A stretch of DNA of 64,000 nt from Eledone cirrhosa (lineage: Eukaryota), in the NCBI GenBank assembly GCA_964016885.1, contig OZ024745.1, positions 87,048,001-87,112,000 of the forward strand. Direction: 5' to 3'. The notes beneath the pieces were generated by a model, which was given only the letters and a program-made list of their open reading frames with translations, had not been told where the DNA came from and searched no databases. This document shows positions 1 through 13,977 of the stretch, in pieces. The translations under genes were made by a program, and so were the position numbers. Every line of letters starts with the position of its first letter. Positions within the stretch are counted from its first letter, which is position 1.

Positions 1-52
1 GTAACTCTATACGTCAAAGCATGGCGTCCAACCCTCTACCGATACTGCCACG
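1..52 (-). mobile_element. 5' part of tRNA-derived SINE (cut by window edge)
   Basis: Reverse complement matches the head of the SINE at 56272-56440 (GGCAGTATCGGTAGAGGGT.GGACGCCATGCTTT). Confidence 0.75.
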
Positions 53-557
53 AAATAATGACATCAGAACAACAACACTACAGTTAAAAATAACATTATA
101 ATAATAATGTTAATGATGAGAATGTATAAATAATCTGACAAATTTATCGTTTATATAGATATCAATTCTCAATGAATGAGGTAGAAATTGTGAACAACCA
201 TCTATTTATGTTGTCAATATAAATATTTATATATATGTTATATTTTGGAAGGATAATTTTGCCCGTGACAATATATCTACGCCAATTATAAAGTTTAAAG
301 ACATGAAAATAATAAGTACCGTGTAAGGAGAGAAAACCAAAGAGCATCCCTATTTCATTATTTTCTTATGTAGGCTTAAAAAGCTATTCAATATTCTAAG
401 ACATTTTACTATGTACTTATTACAGTCTTTCTTGAAAATATTTAAATTTTATATCACTATATTCTTTTTCCTTTCTCTTTTGCATTTCATTATAAATTTT
501 AATTTGTCTTTAAATGTCAAGAAATGACACATTGGACAAAAGACGAGATAATATACA

Positions 558-672
558 TCTATATATATAAAACTGAGGTTGTCTGTCTGTCTACTAAAAC
601 GGTCGGCACACATCTCCTCCTAAACCGGTGAAATTGGTACACTTATAGATGAAGGTCCGGCGGAGACATCGG
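558..672 (+). mobile_element. Candidate non-autonomous Helitron 5' end
   Basis: A|TCTATATATATAAAA start, then a (GTCT)n tract and ...CTCCTAAACC..TGAAATTGGTAC, the layout typical of short invertebrate Helitron 5' termini. Confidence 0.55.
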
Positions 673-737
673 TCAACACATTTTCCGTACAGTGTTCGGC
701 AACCATCGTCGCCCTTTTGTTGAACAGTGACAAAGGA

Positions 738-780
738 ACGATGAACTAGTTTCAAGCTTATTAGCTATCGTCAGCATCGT
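738..780 (-). ncRNA. Minimal type I hammerhead ribozyme (satellite family)
   Basis: Minus strand reads ACGATG-CTGACGA-TAGCT aata AGCTT-GAAA-CTAG-TT-CATCGT; stem I is fully Watson-Crick. Confidence 0.8.
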
Positions 781-948
781 ATACCTTCCTGTCAGCTGAT
801 TGAACGTTTGAAAGTATATACTTTCCTTATGCATATTAACGGCTGAGCAGCCTAATTTGCATATCGAGTGAGTGTGTTTGTAAACAAACATCCCGAATAC
901 TAGGAAAGTATATATTTTCAGACGTTCAATCATCTGGCAGGAAGGTAT

Positions 949-991
949 ACGTTGCTGACGATAGCTAATAAGCTTGAAACTAGTACAGCGT
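949..991 (+). ncRNA. Minimal type I hammerhead ribozyme (satellite family)
   Basis: ACGTTG-CTGACGA-TAGCT aata AGCTT-GAAA-CTAG-TA-CAGCGT: intact core, palindromic stem III, GUA cleavage triplet. Confidence 0.85.
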
Positions 992-1267
992 TCCTTTGTC
1001 AGTGTTGAACAAATGAGCATGTATGTATATATATATACATACTACCGTCCGTCTGTATACATATATGTATGTACGTATAGATACTTATATTTAAGTAACA
1101 GCCGTACTAAGAGTGAGTACTGAAATTTCGTTTCATTTTTTCCGTTAACCGTTTTCGGTGCGTTCGGCCGATTAACTCACTCGATATGCAAATTAGGCTG
1201 CTCAGCCGTTAATATGCATAAGGAAAGTATATACTTTCAGACGTTCAATCATCTGGCAGGAAGATAT

Positions 1268-1310
1268 ACGTTGCTGACGATAGCTAATAAGCTTGAAACT
1301 AGTACAGCGC
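1268..1310 (+). ncRNA. Minimal type I hammerhead ribozyme (satellite family)
   Basis: Same motif with intact CTGACGA...GAAA CTAG TA core. Confidence 0.85.
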
Positions 1311-1430
1311 TCCTTTGTCAGTGTTGAACAAATGAGCAACGATGGTTGCTAGACACTGTACGGCTTAATTCGGGATGTTTGTTTCCAAACACACCGAGCA
1401 TTATAATAAATGTTCGGTCAATCCATACGT

Positions 1431-1507
<77 letters not shown>

Positions 1508-1752
1508 CGTGTATGTATATATACATACTACTGTCCCTCTGAATACATATATGTATGTACGTATACATACTTATATTTAAGTAACAACGTACTAAGAGTG
1601 AGAAATGAAATTTCGTTTCATTTTTTCTGTTTATCGTTTTCGGTGCGCCCGGTCGATTAACTCACTCGATATGCAAATTAGGCTGCTCAGCCGTTAATAT
1701 GCATAAGGAGAGTATAAACTTTCAGACGTTCAATCATCTGGCAGGAAGATAT

Positions 1753-1795
1753 ACGTTGCTGACGATAGCTAATAAGCTTGAAACTAGTACAGCGC
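1753..1795 (+). ncRNA. Minimal type I hammerhead ribozyme (satellite family)
   Basis: Same motif with intact core. Confidence 0.85.
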
Positions 1796-2166
1796 TCCTT
1801 TGTCAGTGTTGAACAAATGTGCAACGATGGTTGCTCGACACTGTACGGCTTAATTCGGGATGTTTGTTTAGAAACACACCCAGCATTATAATACATTTCG
1901 GTGAATCCATACGTACATATATATATGTGTGCATGTATGTATATATACATACTACTGTACGTCTGTATGCATATATGTATGTACCTATACATACTTATAT
2001 TTAAGTAACAGCCGTACTAAGAGTGAGAAATGAAATTTCGTTTCATTTTTTCGTTTTATCGCCCGGCCGATTAACTCGCTCGATATGCAAATTAGGCTGC
2101 TCAGCCGTTAATATGCATAAGGAAAGTATATACGTTCAGACGTTCAATCTTCTGGCAGGAAGGTAT

Positions 2167-2209
2167 ACGTTGCTGACAATAGCTAATTAGCTTGAAACTA
2201 GTACAGCGT
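2167..2209 (+). ncRNA. Hammerhead copy with mutated core (G8A)
   Basis: CTGACAA in place of CTGACGA; the rest of the motif is conserved. Confidence 0.6.
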
Positions 2210-2436
2210 TCCTTTGTCAGTGTTGAACAAATGAGTAACGATGGTTGCTAGACACTGTAAGGCTTAATTCGGGATGTTTGTTTACAAACACACCGAGCAG
2301 TATAATAAATGTTCGGTGAATCCATACGTACATATATATATATGTGCATGTATGTATATATATATGTGTGCATGTATGTATATATATATACATACTACTG
2401 TACGTCTGTATACATATATGTATGTACGTATACATA

Positions 2437-2483
<47 letters not shown>

Positions 2484-2733
2484 GAGACGTATAGAGATTG
2501 TTTTAGCAAGAAGCTAACGGCATTCTATAACATATATGCGACTATAACGTCAAGATGGGAAAAGTAGTTAACGAAAGATTTAGGAAAAATAACTCAAACT
2601 CATCTCAAAAGAGAATCAGGATACAAATTCATCCACAGAATTTAGTAAAATCCATGGAAAAATCTATAGACCTTTAACTCATGATAAAACAAAGTTTGAA
2701 ACACTTATCCTTCAATTTGGAATAACATCAAAT

Positions 2734-2815
2734 GCTCTGTATAGTCTTAAAAGACTATTTCATGAAAACTTTCATTGGAGAGGGTCACGGTTGGAAAATC
2801 ATTCATCAGCAGAGC
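2734..2815 (-). ncRNA. Canonical type I hammerhead ribozyme
   Basis: Minus strand reads GCTCTG-CTGATGA-ATGA...TCAT-GAAA-TAGTCT ttta AGACTA-TA-CAGAGC; all three stems pair. Confidence 0.85.
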
Positions 2816-3060
2816 TCAACAGAAAACCAGGGCTCTCACAGTAATATAGTCCGAAAAAGGGAATTCTAAAACTGGCTAGTTCGCCTTCATGTGTATTTAT
2901 GAAAAAGCACATGAGGTAAAAACGGGGCTAGTGACGTCAGGATAGAAGTGAATGTTTATTTACAAGAAATAGCAGTCAAATACATTCTGAAAAAAAAACT
3001 CTACAAGGAGTTCAGCAAAATAGCAATAATTATCACAGTTTTTATGAAAAAAACCGGGAT

Positions 3061-3104
<44 letters not shown>

Positions 3105-3148
3105 GAGGAAGTTATAGTTCACTTGAAGCATTGTGTAATGAGGTATAA

Positions 3149-3557
3149 ACGTTTGTATATGTATAATAAAGCCAAAACAATGCAGGCATGGACATAGAAT
3201 AAAGAATGCAAATGCAAAAGATATTGTTGACAATTAGTCTCTTACCTTAAATTTATTTAAGCGTCCTTAATTTTCGAGATAATATCTCTTCTTCGGAGGG
3301 AAGTAAAGAGGTTAAACCAGTGTTCTAAATAGCTTTCCAAGTCATGGTGATTTGGTCAGCATGACTTGGCAAGCAATTTAGAACACTGGTTTAACCGCTT
3401 TACTTCCCTCCGAAGAAGAGATATTATCTCGAAAATTAAGGACATTTAAATAAATCTAAGGTAAAAGACTAATTGTCAACAATATCTTCTGCATTTGCAT
3501 TCTTTATTCTATGTTCATACCTGCATTGTTTTGGCTTTATTATACATATACAAACGT
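3149..3557. repeat. Fold-back (~200-bp inverted arms) near (AT)n, with a degenerate HHR-like motif
   Basis: Arms are near reverse complements around ~3347-3359. The arm carries CCGAAGA-A-GAGAT att ATCTC-GAAA. Confidence 0.85.
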
Positions 3558-3711
3558 GTTTATATATATATATATTAGAAAGTGAGGATTTTTTTACAAA
3601 ATGAAAAATAACCGAGGTGTCCTACACGAGTGAAAGTATAAAGAAAAAAAGATGAAATCGAAAATGCAACTGGAGTCTTATTTTAAAAAATATATATATA
3701 TTTATTTGGTT

Positions 3712-3752
3712 CCTTTACCGGTTTCGCAGTTCTTCTGCTTTTCAAAAGTAGG
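3712..3752 (-). ncRNA. Hammerhead variant with U3-A8 core
   Basis: Minus strand reads CTT-TTGAAAA-GCAG aagaa CTGC-GAAA-CCGG-TA-AAG. Confidence 0.6.
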
Positions 3753-4183
3753 GTTGAGATGGAGGGTCTGTGGTTTTTCTCACATCTGGTTGGTCTCTGA
3801 ATGTTACTTGTTTTATATGGAAAAAGTGGCTCGAAATGCCAGATTTTTCGAGAAGTAATTTGATTGGTTGGTCAATAATTATAATAAATCTCCCTCTTCC
3901 TTAATAGACACTTTATATCTGTATTAATACTACTACACCAAACGACCAGCCCTGTCCATTGTTCCATTGGTCAAATATAGATTAAAATAGGCACTCCCAA
4001 AAATTCTTATTTAGATAAAATAAGCCATATACTCATTGTATTCTCATTAAAAACCTTCTATATACTTGTTTACCAGTAAATTGAATTGCCATCTGTCATT
4101 TACTATCCACTCTCTTCTTCCTATCTTACAACTAATATAAATACTTCAATTTTTCTGATTTTTTTCCAATTTATCCAATATCT

Positions 4184-4292
4184 CTGAAGAAGTGACAACT
4201 GATTATACATTTGCTATCGAATACTTGCTAACATTATATGATTACGCAAGCAGCGATACATAGGTATTCCGTCTGTTACAGAAACATATGTC
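4184..4292 (+). ncRNA. Degenerate HHR with long stem II insert
   Basis: CTGAAGA-a-GTGACA...TGTTAC-a-GAAA-CATATG-TC; stem I is not clearly paired. Confidence 0.45.
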
Positions 4293-4339
4293 AATACCTA
4301 ATAAATTCTTTTATAAAAGCACTTTCATTTTATATTCAT

Positions 4340-4469
<130 letters not shown>

Positions 4470-4698
4470 CATATACATATATATATATTTCGTTTCTGAA
4501 TTTGTTTAGCAAGATTCTTTATCTGAAAACGTGTGTTGAAACCGATATTGCTATACTTTGGGAGTGTCATGTTGCCAATAAGAAACACACGCACCAGTAG
4601 CTTTCACTTCAATTTATTATAATAAATTTATAAATTTAGGAATTTATAAATTTCCGGTTGGTTGGTTGGTTCTACAACCAGATGGTTGTTTATATATT

Positions 4699-4741
4699 GT
4701 CAAAGTACTTTCGTCACACATTCTGTGACCTCTTCAGTGAC
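4699..4741 (-). ncRNA. Minimal type I hammerhead ribozyme
   Basis: Minus strand reads GTCA-CTGAAGA-g-GTCACA gaatg TGTGAC-GAAA-GTAC-TT-TGAC. Same family as 13894-13937. Confidence 0.75.
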
Positions 4742-4770
4742 TGGTGATTCTTTTCTTTGTATATATATAT

Positions 4771-4820
<50 letters not shown>

Positions 4821-4879
4821 GTATGCATGCATATATATGTATATATATATATGTATATATTTGTGTGCGTATATGTTGG

Positions 4880-5085
4880 TAGTAACGGTGGAGCGTACTT
4901 TGTGGCATTAAGTTACAGCTCATTAAGTTACATTCTGAGTTCAAATCGCGCCGTGGTTAACTTTCCCTTTCATCCTTACAATATCGATAATGTAAAATAC
5001 CAGTAATGCACTAGGGAACATTTAATCGACTTCCCCTCCCCTTCCCCAAATTGTTGGCCTTGTGCCTAAATCAGAAACCATTATT
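4880..5085 (+). mobile_element. tRNA-derived SINE
   Basis: B-box-like GAGTTCAAATC followed by the conserved GTTAACTTT.CCTTTCATCC...GATAA...TACCAGT domain shared with other copies. Confidence 0.75.
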
Positions 5086-5164
5086 TAAGTAAACACTTTT
5101 TACTCGTATACATTAACGAAATTACTTTACTCTTTATCACATGAAGATCATAAATAATTTAGTT

Positions 5165-5670
5165 GTCCCTCACTTATCAAAGCTAAACCGCCTGACTAAT
5201 CTTGGGCCTCGAATTATCATCCCCACTCTGATTATTAATTTTTTAGGGTTCTTGTCCATCCCCTGTTCTTATTCCAACCCAGCCGCTTATTAAATTTTCC
5301 AATCTATCTCCTGCGAAATTTTATTTTAAGTGGTAGCATTCCTGCAACAATTAATTTTCTTTAGACATGAAAAAAAAAGTATATTACTAAAAATCCCATA
5401 CATTATAAAATAAATATGATGGGTTGGTGTCTCAATATGTAAACTAAACGACTAATTCTGGTTTAAAAAAAAATCCACGGAGACAACCTAGAAATATTAC
5501 TGATTTTCCAACCCAACCACGCGCTTATTCCAATCCCCCTCACTTATTCCAACGCCCCGCTTATTCCCCCCCCCCCCCCACTTATTCCAATCCTCCTCGC
5601 TTATTCCAATCCCCGCTTATTCCATTCACCCGCTTTTTCCAGCCCTCTTATTATTTGGGACCCTAGAATA
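5165..5670. repeat. Subterminal CTTATTCCAA.CCC repeats, probable DNA-transposon/MITE end
   Basis: About 8 copies of (CG)CTTATTCC motifs ending at TTATTTGGGACCCTAGAATA; no partner end found. Confidence 0.4.
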
Positions 5671-5994
5671 CATATCAGTATTACACAGTTGATAATACTT
5701 TGAGATTGTGAACAGTAATTTGCTAAAATATCAACGTCTAAGATTTAAGATATAAATTATATATACGGGAGCCCTTTTCGATGATGATTGAGAGGCTTTC
5801 AAATTATCTATAATTCTCATGCAATAGTTTCTACCAGTGAAATGTTTATAATTGCTCATTTAACAGATACATGACGCACTATCTGCGTGTGTTTCGACTC
5901 TCGTGGCGAGCTAAGTTCTTTTTGTCTTAGATCATTCTCGTAAATGTTTATATATAACCATATACATCAGCTTATTAGTGACATTGGGAGTTAG

Positions 5995-6102
5995 GCTGAC
6001 TGAGGTTGACTTTGCCTTTCATCCTTACGGGGTCGATAAAATAAAGTACCAGTAATGCACTGGGTAATTGCTGGCCTTGTGCCAAAAAGTAGAAACAATT
6101 AT
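5995..6102 (+). mobile_element. SINE 3' half
   Basis: GAGGTTGACTTTGCCTTTCATCCTTACGGGGTCGATAAAATAAAGTACCAGT...GTAGAAACAATTA. Confidence 0.75.
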
Positions 6103-6246
6103 TAAAATGTGACCTATATTTCTCTCTCTTTGTATTATATATAAAATAGAGTGTCTTTAATATAATGTGTCTTTTACCGTTAAATTGCTTTTGGACGTGA
6201 TGTTATTTCGCGTAATTAGATCATTGCCTAGGTAATATCTTCCCTT

Positions 6247-9200
6247 TGCTACCACACTACTACTACCATCACCACAACGACCACACTACTACCACCACCA
6301 CAACGACCACACTACTACCACCACCACAACGACCACACTACTATAAGCAACACAACCACAAAGACCACACTACTACCACCACCACAAAGACAGCACTACT
6401 ACCACCACCACAACGACCACACTACTCACACCATCACAACGACGACAACACTACCACCAACACCACCACAAAGACCACACTACAACCACCACCACAAAGA
6501 CCACACTACTACCACCACCACATCGACCACACTACTACCACTACTACAACGACGACACTACTACCACCACCACAACGACCACACTACTACCACCACCACA
6601 ACGACCACACTACTATCACCAACACCACCACAAAGAACACATTACTACCACCACCACAACGAACACATTAACACCACCACCACAACGACCACACTACTAC
6701 CACCACCACAAAGACCACACTACTACCACCACCACAACGACGACACTACTACTACCACCACAACGACCACACTACTACCACCAACACCACCACAAAGACC
6801 ACACTACTACCACCACCAGAACGACCACACTACTACCACCAGAACAACGACGACTCTACTACCACCACCACAACGACCTCACTACAACCACTAACACAAC
6901 GACCACACTACTACCACCACCACAACGACCACCCTACTACCACCAACACCACCACAAAGACCACACTACTACCACCACCACAACGACGACACTACTACCA
7001 ACACCACCACAAAGACCACACTACTACCACCACCACAACGATCACACTACTGCCACCACGACCACCACAAAGACCACACTACCACTACCACCGCCACAAC
7101 GACAACACTACTACCACCAACACCACGACCTCACTACAACCACTACCACAACGACCACACTACTACCACCACCACAACGACCACCCTACTACCACCAACA
7201 CCACCACAGAGACCACACAACTACAAACACCACAACGACGACACTACTACCAACACCACCACAAAGACCACACTACTACCACCACCACAACGATCACACT
7301 ACTGCCACCACGACCACCACAAATACCACACTACCACTACCACCACCACAACGACAACACTACTACCACCAACACCAAAACAAAGATCACATTATCACCA
7401 CCATAACCACCACACTACTACCACCAATACCACCACAACGACCACAATAATATCAACACCACAACGACCACAGTACTACTACCACCACAATGACGACACT
7501 ACTACCACCAACACCACCACAAAGACCACACTACTACCATCACCACAAGGACCACATTACTGCCACCAACACCACTACAAAGAACACACTACTACCACCA
7601 CAACAACGACCAAACTACTAGCACCAACACCGCCACAAACACCACACTACTACCACCACCACCACAACGACCACACTACTGCCACCAACACCACCACAAA
7701 AACCACACTACTACCAACACCACAACGACCACACTACTACCACCACCACAACGACCAAACTACTACCACCAATACCACCACAAAGACCACACTACTACCA
7801 CAACCACCACAATGACCACACTGCTACCACCAACACCACCACAAATATCACATTACCACCACCACCACAAAGACCACAATACTACCACCACCACAACGAC
7901 CACACTACTACCACCTTCATCACAAAGGACACACTACTAACACCACCACCACCACAAGGACTACAATACTACCACTACCACAACAACCACACTACTACCA
8001 CCACGGCAACGACCACACTACTACCACCACCACAACGACCACATTAACACCACCACCACAAAGACCACACTACTACCACCACCAGAACGACCACACTACT
8101 ACCACCAAAGCCACCACAACGACCACACTACTACCACCAGAACAATGACCACACTACTACCACAACCACAACGACCACACTACTACCACCAGAACAACGA
8201 CCACACTACTACCACCACCACAACGAACGCACTATTACCACCACCACAACGACCACACTACTACCACCAACACCACCACAAAGACCACACTACTACCACC
8301 ACAACGACAACACTACTACCACCAACCCCACAACGACCACACTACTACCGCCACCACAACGACCACAGTAATACCACCACCTCAACGACCACACTATACC
8401 ACCACCACAAAGACCACACTACCACCACTACTACAATGACCACACTACTACCACAACCACAACGACCACACTACTACCACCAACACCACCACAAAGACCA
8501 CACTACTACCACCACCACAAAGACCACGCTACTACCACCACCACAACGGCCACACTACTACCACCACCACAACGACCAAACTACCACCACCACCAGAACG
8601 ACCACACTACTACCACCACCACAACGAGCACACTACTACCACCACCACAAAGACCACACTACTACCACCTCCACAACGACCACACTACTACCAACATCAC
8701 AACGACCACACTACTACCACCAACACCACCATAAAGACAACACTACTACCACCACCACAACGACCACACTACTACCACCACCACAAAGACCACACTACTA
8801 CCACCACCAGCACGACCACACTACTACCACCAAAGCCACCACAACGACAACACTACCACCACAAAGACCACACTACTACCACCACCACAACGACCACACT
8901 ACTACCTCCACCACAACGACCACACTACTACCACCATCACAAAGACCACACTACTACCACCACCACATCGACCACACTACTATCACTACTACAACGACCA
9001 CACTACTACCACCACCACAACGACCACAATACTACCTCCACCACAACGACCACACTACTATCACCAACACCACCACAAAGAACACACTACTACCACCACC
9101 ACAACGACCACATTAACACCACCTGCACAACTACCACACTACTACCACCACCACAAAGACCCCACTACTACCACCACCACAACGACCACACTACTACCAC

Positions 9201-12200
9201 CACCACAACGACCACACTATTACCACCAACACCACCACAAAGACCACACTACTACCACCACCACAATGACCACACTACTACCACCACCACAAACACCACA
9301 CTACTACCACCACCAGAACGACCACATTACTACCACCAACGCCACCACAACGACCACACTACCACCACAAAGATCACACTACTACCACCACCACAACGAC
9401 CAGACTACTACCACCACCACAACGACCACACTACTACCACCAGCACCACCACAAAGACCACACTACTAGCACCACCAAAACGACCACACTACTACCACCA
9501 CCACAACGACCACACTACTACCACCAGAACAACAACCACACTACTACCACCAGAACAACGACCACACTACTACCAAAACCACAACGACCACACTACTACC
9601 ACCAGAACAACGACGACTCTACTACCACCACCACAACGACCTCACTACTACCACTACCACAACGACCACACTACTACGACAACCACAACGACCACCCTAC
9701 TACCACCGACACCACCACAAAGACCACACTACTACCACCACCACAACGACGACACTACTACCAACACCACCACAAAGACCACACTAAAACCACCACCACA
9801 ACGAACACACTACTGCCACCACGACCACCACAAAGACCACACTACCACCACCACCACCACAACGACAACACTACTACCACCAACACCAGCACAAAGATCA
9901 CATTATCACCACCATAACGACCACACTACTACCACCAATACCACCACAAAGACCACACTACTACCATCACCACAATGTCCACACTACTACAACCAACACC
10001 ACCACAAAGACCACACTACTACCATCACCACAACGACCACACTACTACGACCACCACAACGACCACACTACTGCCACCAACACCACCGGAAAGACCACAC
10101 TACTACCGCCATCACCACAACGACCACACTACTACCACCAACACCACCACAAAGACCACACTATTACAACCACCACGACGACCACACTACTACCACCACC
10201 ACAGCGTCCAAACTACTACCACCAATACCACCACAAAGACAACACTGCTACCACCAACACCACCACAAATATCACATTACCACCACCACCACAAAGACCA
10301 CACTACTACCACCACCACAACGACCACACTACTACCGCCAACACCACAAAGAACACACTACTAACACCACCACCACCACAACGACTACAATACTACCACT
10401 ACCACAACGACCACACTACTACCACCACGACAACGACCACACTACTATCACCACCACAATGACCACACTACTACCACCAACACCACCACAAAGACCACAC
10501 TACTACCATCACCACAATGACCACACTACTACAACCAACACCACCACAAAGACCACACTACTACCATCACCACAACGACCACACTACTACGACCACCACA
10601 ACGACCACACTACTGCCACCAACACCACCGGAAAGACTACTCTACTACCGCCATCACCACAACGACTACACTACTACCACCAACACCACCACAAATATCA
10701 CACTGCTACCACCACCACAACGACAACATTACCACAATACAACCACCACCACAACGACCACACTACTGCCACCAACACCACCAGAAAGATCACATTACCA
10801 CCACCACCACCACAGCGACTACACTACTACCACCAACACCATCACAAAGATCACACTACTACCACCACAACGACAACACTACTACCACCAACCCCACAAC
10901 GACCACACTACTACCACCATCACAACGACCACACTACTACCACCACCACAACGACCACACTATACAACCACCACAAAGACCACACTACCACCACCACCAC
11001 AACGACCACACTACTACCACCACGACAACGACCACACTACTACCACCAACACCACCACAAAGACCACACTACTACCACCACCACAACGACCACACTACTA
11101 CCACCACCACAACAACCACACTACTACCACCACCACCACGATCACACCACCACCACAAAGACCACACTACTACCACCACCACAACGACCACACTACTACC
11201 ACCACCACCACCACGACCACACCACCACCACAAAGACCACACTACTACCACCACCTCAGCGACCACACTACTACCACCATCACAACGAGCACACTTCTAC
11301 CACCACCGCAACGACCACACTACTACCACCAACACCCGCACAAAGACCACACTATTACAACCACCACGACGACCACACTACTACCACCACCACAGCGTCC
11401 AAACTACTACCACCAATACCACCACAAAGACAACACTGCTACCACCAACACCACCACAAATATCACATTACCACCACCACCACAAAGACCACACTACTAC
11501 CACCACCACAACGACCACACTACTACCGCCAACACCACAAAGAACACACTACTAACACCACCACAACGACTACAATACTACCACTACCACAACGACCACA
11601 CTACTACCACCACGACAACGACCACACTACTATCACCACCACAATGACCACACTACTACCACCAACACCACCACAAAGACCACACTACTACCATCCCCAC
11701 AATGACCACACTACTACAACCAACACCACCACAAAGACCACACTACTACCATCACCACAACGACCACACTACTACGACCACCACAACGACCACACTACTG
11801 CCACCAACACCACCGGAAAGACTACTCTACTACCGCCATCACCACAACGACTACACTACTACCACCAACACCACCACAAATATCACACTGCTACCACCAC
11901 CACAACGACAACATTACCACAATACAACCACCACCACAACGACCACACTACTGCCACCAACACCACCAGAAAGATCACATTACCACCACCACCACCACAA
12001 CGACTACACTACTACCACCAACACCATCACAAAGATCACACTACTACCACCACAACGACAACACTACTACCACCAACCCCACAACGACCACACTACTACC
12101 ACCATCACAACGACCACACTACTACCACCACCACAACGACCACACTATACAACCACCACAAAGACCACACTACCACCACCACCACAACGACCACACTACT

Positions 12201-13373
12201 ACCACCACGACAACGACCACACTACTACCACCAACACCACCACAAAGACCACACTACTACCACCACCACAACGACCACACTACTACCACCACCACAACAA
12301 CCACACTACTACCACCACCACCACGACCACACCACCACCACAAAGACCACACTACTACCACCACCACAACGACCACACTACTACCACCACCACAACTACC
12401 ACATTACTACCACCACCTCAGCGACCACACTACTACCACCATCACAACGAGCACACTTCTACCACCACCGCAACGACCACACTACTACCACCAACACCCG
12501 CACAAAGACCACATTACTACCACCACCACAACGACCACACTACTACCACCACCACAACGACCACATTACTACCACCAAGACCCCCACAAAGACCACACTA
12601 CTACCACCACTACAACGACCACACTACTACCACCACCACAACGACCACACTACTACCACCACCACAACGACCACACTACTACCACCAACACCCCCACAAA
12701 GACCACACTACTACCACCACCATAACGACCACACTACTACCACCACCACAACGACCATACTACTACCACCACCACAACAACCACACTACTACCACCAACA
12801 CCACCACCAAGATCACATTACCACCACCACCACAACGACCACACTACCAGCAGCAGCAGCACCACCACCACCACCAGCACAACAACGACCACACTTGCAC
12901 CACCACCACCACCACCACCACCACCACCACCACCACCGCAGCGACCACACCACCACCAATACCACGACAACGACCACACTATCACCACCACAAGGATCAC
13001 ACTATCACCACCACCACACGACCACCACCAACACGACCACCACTACCACCACCAGCACCACCACCACCAAAAACAGCACCACCGCATCGACCACACCACC
13101 ACCAACACCATGACAACGACCACACTACCACCACCACAAGGATCACACTATCACCACCACCACACGACCACCACCAACACGACCACCACTACCACCACCA
13201 CCACCAACAACAACAACACCACCACCACCACCACCGCCGCAGCGACCACACTACCATCAACACCACGACAACGACTACCACCACCACAAGGATCACACTA
13301 TCACCACCACCACACGACCACCACCAACACGACCACCACTAGCACCACCAGCACCAGCACCACCACCAACACG
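6247..13373. repeat. 7-kb cryptic satellite, unit ~26 bp ACCACCACCACAACGACCACACTACT
   Basis: Unit is visible throughout. The ORF track shows the same peptide in rotating frames and a 1185-bp higher-order duplication (10517 vs 11702). Confidence 0.9.
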
Positions 13374-13698
13374 TGATATATATTAGAACAGCCTGTTGTG
13401 TCTTTGCACATTTGATATGGACCTCTTGCCTATTCAAATGAAATCAATCTTTTGTTTAACTGTGTTTATAATTAATAGTTCATTACTTACTGTTTTGTAG
13501 TTAATCCTCATTTCTCAGCTAGCTATAGCGTAAGCTTGATATTAATTAGGAGACATTATTTACGCAGCAAGTTAATTAACTTTTCCTATGAAATTTAGAT
13601 GCATTGAATCTCACGAGATGCTGAGCTGCTAAAAATGCTCGTGTTAATGATCGTACAAATCTCTCTTATTTTTTATATGAAATCGTGTGTGGAAACAA

Positions 13699-13936
13699 AT
13701 ATTGTTATACTTGGGGAGGATCATATTGTTATAATAATGCCAGAAATAATAACAGAACACATTCGCTGTTTGGTTTGTGTTGGTTTTCGCTTCTGTATCC
13801 TTTATATCTCCATAGTTAATTTATTTGGTTAAAAATACAGATATAAATATATATATATATAGTCTATCAATACAATGGGAGGAAACATAATAGTATCACT
13901 GATGATGTCACAGATGTGCGACGAAAGAACTTTGAT

Positions 13937-13977
<41 letters not shown>

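Larger units (their letters stand above)
673..2440. repeat. Hammerhead-containing satellite (retrozyme-like), one inverted partial unit then four forward units
   Basis: Unit recurs with HHR motifs at 738-780(-), 949-991, 1268-1310, 1753-1795 and 2167-2209(+). Same family as 43043-45270, 55165-55915 and 58655-59415. Confidence 0.9.

Noticed and set aside
5871-5940. Possible ATG-containing first exon of the host gene
   Set aside because: In-frame TAG occurs before the candidate GT donor.
10459-13342. 884-aa and 546-aa His/Thr/Pro ORFs as a mucin-like gene
   Set aside because: All three frames are open because the satellite lacks stops; the unit is not a multiple of 3; no splice context.
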